Of a stretch of DNA of 64,000 nt, positions 62,340 through 64,000 are shown one piece after another. A program made the translations under genes and the position numbers. Source of the stretch: Podarcis pityusensis (Eukaryota); NCBI GenBank assembly GCA_964106645.2, contig OZ067043.1. One strand, 5' to 3'. Each line of letters opens with the position of its first letter. Position 1 is the stretch's first letter. A model generated the notes under the pieces. It was not told the origin of the DNA, did not search any database, and worked only from the letters and a program-made list of their open reading frames with translations.

Positions 62340-64000
62340 CTGGGTCGCTGCGAGTTGATCCCACGCCCCGCAAAGTCGACTGAATTGTTCGGAGGCGCGT
62401 GAAGACGGTGAAGAATGGCGGACGGAGTTGGGTTTGCATTTCTCCGTCTTGTGCGCGCGCGCCTGCGCCCTCCCCCCTCAGTCCCCGCCAGACCCTCGGA
62501 AGTTCAACTTCGGAGGCTTCCCTGCGCCGCCGTCCCCCCTCACAACTGCCTCCTTCGCCTTCTTCTTCTTCTTCTTCCTCCTCCTCCACTTGGAGAGCCG
62601 CACTTGCTGCTCGGCTCTCGCACCCGCCCAGTGTGTGTGGTGGTGGCGGTGGCCCTCCTGCGTTTTGCTATCCCGAGTCGGCGGCGCTAGGCGCGGGCAG
62701 CTTTTTACGCACACAAAGGAGAAAGGGACGAGGCAGGCAGGGGGGGCGGGGAAGGCAAAAAGCCGGCGACGAAACTTTGCGCGGGTCTGCAGCTCGCCGC
62801 CGCCTGCCCTGCCCAGCGCGCCGAGAGGGGAAGCCGGCCGCCAAAGCCTTCCTCCGGAACGAGCGGCGAGGCGAAGCCGCCTGCTCGTCTGCGGCGCCGC
62901 GGAGGGGCTGGCGAGGAGGCCCTCTCTGCCAGTGGGCGGACAGCACCCAGTGGGGACCCCGAGATGCAGCCGAGCCTCCTGCCTCGCTGCGGGGCTGCCC
63001 CAAAGCTCCCAGCCACCGCCGGCTGAAGTGATCCAGCGCTCCCTACAGCCGCCAGATCGAGCCCAAAGCTTTTGCACGAACACCCACCCACACCCCCGCG
63101 CCGCTTCTTTCTCTTTCTCTCCCCAGCCCACCTCCCCCCATCCCTCCTCCTCTCCTCCCCAAAGCCGTGCAGCCGCAAGCAGCTCAAATGGAGTGGAAAA
63201 TGGCCAGTGGTGGCAGATCGAGCCTTTAGATTATCTCCTTCACGTTTGGTACTTAGCTGTCTCTAATCTGCTTTTATTTGCCAGAAGCCCCCCTCCCCTT
63301 CCACCAGCTCGGGCGGGTGGCGGCGGCGGCGGCGAGACACAAGAAGCGGGGTGGTGGGGAAGAGGAGAATATATATGTTCCCCCCATATTTTTGGCTGCC
63401 GCCGCTTCTATACACGATAATATGTTTATATGATTAGCTGAGCCCAGGGGTGGGGAGAAGAGAGAGAAAGAGAGGGGGTGGAGATTGGAGGAAGAGGTGG
63501 AGGCTGGAGGTGGCTCCAGTTCAGAGCTAGTGGAGAGTCCGTGTCAGGACTTCGCAATCCCCAGTCACACACTCAGAGAGAGGTGCATGGACGAAAGGGA
63601 GCTGGCAATACAATTCACTGGGATTTTTCTTTTTTTCTTTTAAGGGCGATTTCACTCGCCCCCCGCCCTCCTTTCCCTCTCTGTCTCTCTTCCTTTCTCT
63701 CCCCATTGCTTTGAGCGACCAGCTTTGCTCTTGATCTCCGTTCACGGGGCAGCGGCGGCGGCAGCAGCAGCAGCAGCAGCAGCGTCGAGGAGAGAGGAGA
63801 AGCAAGGAGGAGAGGAAAAAAAGCGAAGCTTGAAGAAGGGCTGGAACTGGATCCTGCCAGAGGCCAGGATGCCATCCAGGGAGATGTAAATGAGGCCGAC
63901 GAGGACGACGGAGAGAAAGGGGGCTTTTCTTTCCGATTTCCCCTCTCGCGTGCGTGTGCCTGTGCTTTGCAATCGCAGCGCCTTCTCCCCACTTCGCCTC
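62340..64000. promoter_or_regulatory. CpG island, probable promoter and 5'UTR of an unidentified gene continuing beyond the window
   Basis: Abrupt rise in GC and CpG, GC boxes, (GGC)n and (CAG)n runs, polypurine tract at 63445-63510, no transposons. Confidence 0.8.
63750..63782 (+). repeat. CAG(CGG)3(CAG)7 trinucleotide repeat
   Basis: Direct reading. Confidence 0.95.

Noticed and set aside
62929-62949. REST/RE1 site
   Set aside because: Only the right half (ggacagcacc) matches; the left half does not.
63255-63284. Splice-acceptor-like ctaatctgcttttatttgccag
   Set aside because: No matching upstream donor or exon is evident, so it cannot be supported without transcript data.
62399-63420. 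Overlapping long ORFs (210, 217 and 330 aa) in the CpG island
   Set aside because: Low-complexity Arg/Pro/Ala/Gly sequence on both strands with no recognisable domain. This is expected from stop-codon scarcity in GC-rich DNA.
62340-64000. Assigning a gene symbol to the CpG island
   Set aside because: No recognisable coding sequence lies within the window, so any name would be a guess.

Overview
Eukaryotic, almost entirely non-coding DNA from a squamate reptile, most likely a lacertid lizard (inferred from six Sauria-SINE copies, an RTE-BovB fragment and L2/CR1 LINEs). I found no host protein-coding exon I can support. The only long genuine ORF is ORF2 of a young, 5'-truncated L1 (10913-14420, minus strand, 19-bp target-site duplication). 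The rest is a layered transposon landscape: L2, CR1, BovB, fossil L1 and RTE-X-like remnants, tRNA-derived SINEs, hAT and Tc1/mariner MITEs, with several nested insertions. It also holds microsatellites, two assembly gaps and repeat-free blocks that look like conserved enhancers. The window ends in a CpG island (about 62340-64000) that is probably the promoter/5'UTR of an unidentified gene. The most notable items are a composite TIR element that carries a captured L2 tail, a hairpin hAT-MITE family with one core but five different terminal repeats, a tandem RFX X-box enhancer candidate, and a start-stop-start uORF arrangement. I see no evidence for a new multi-gene system.
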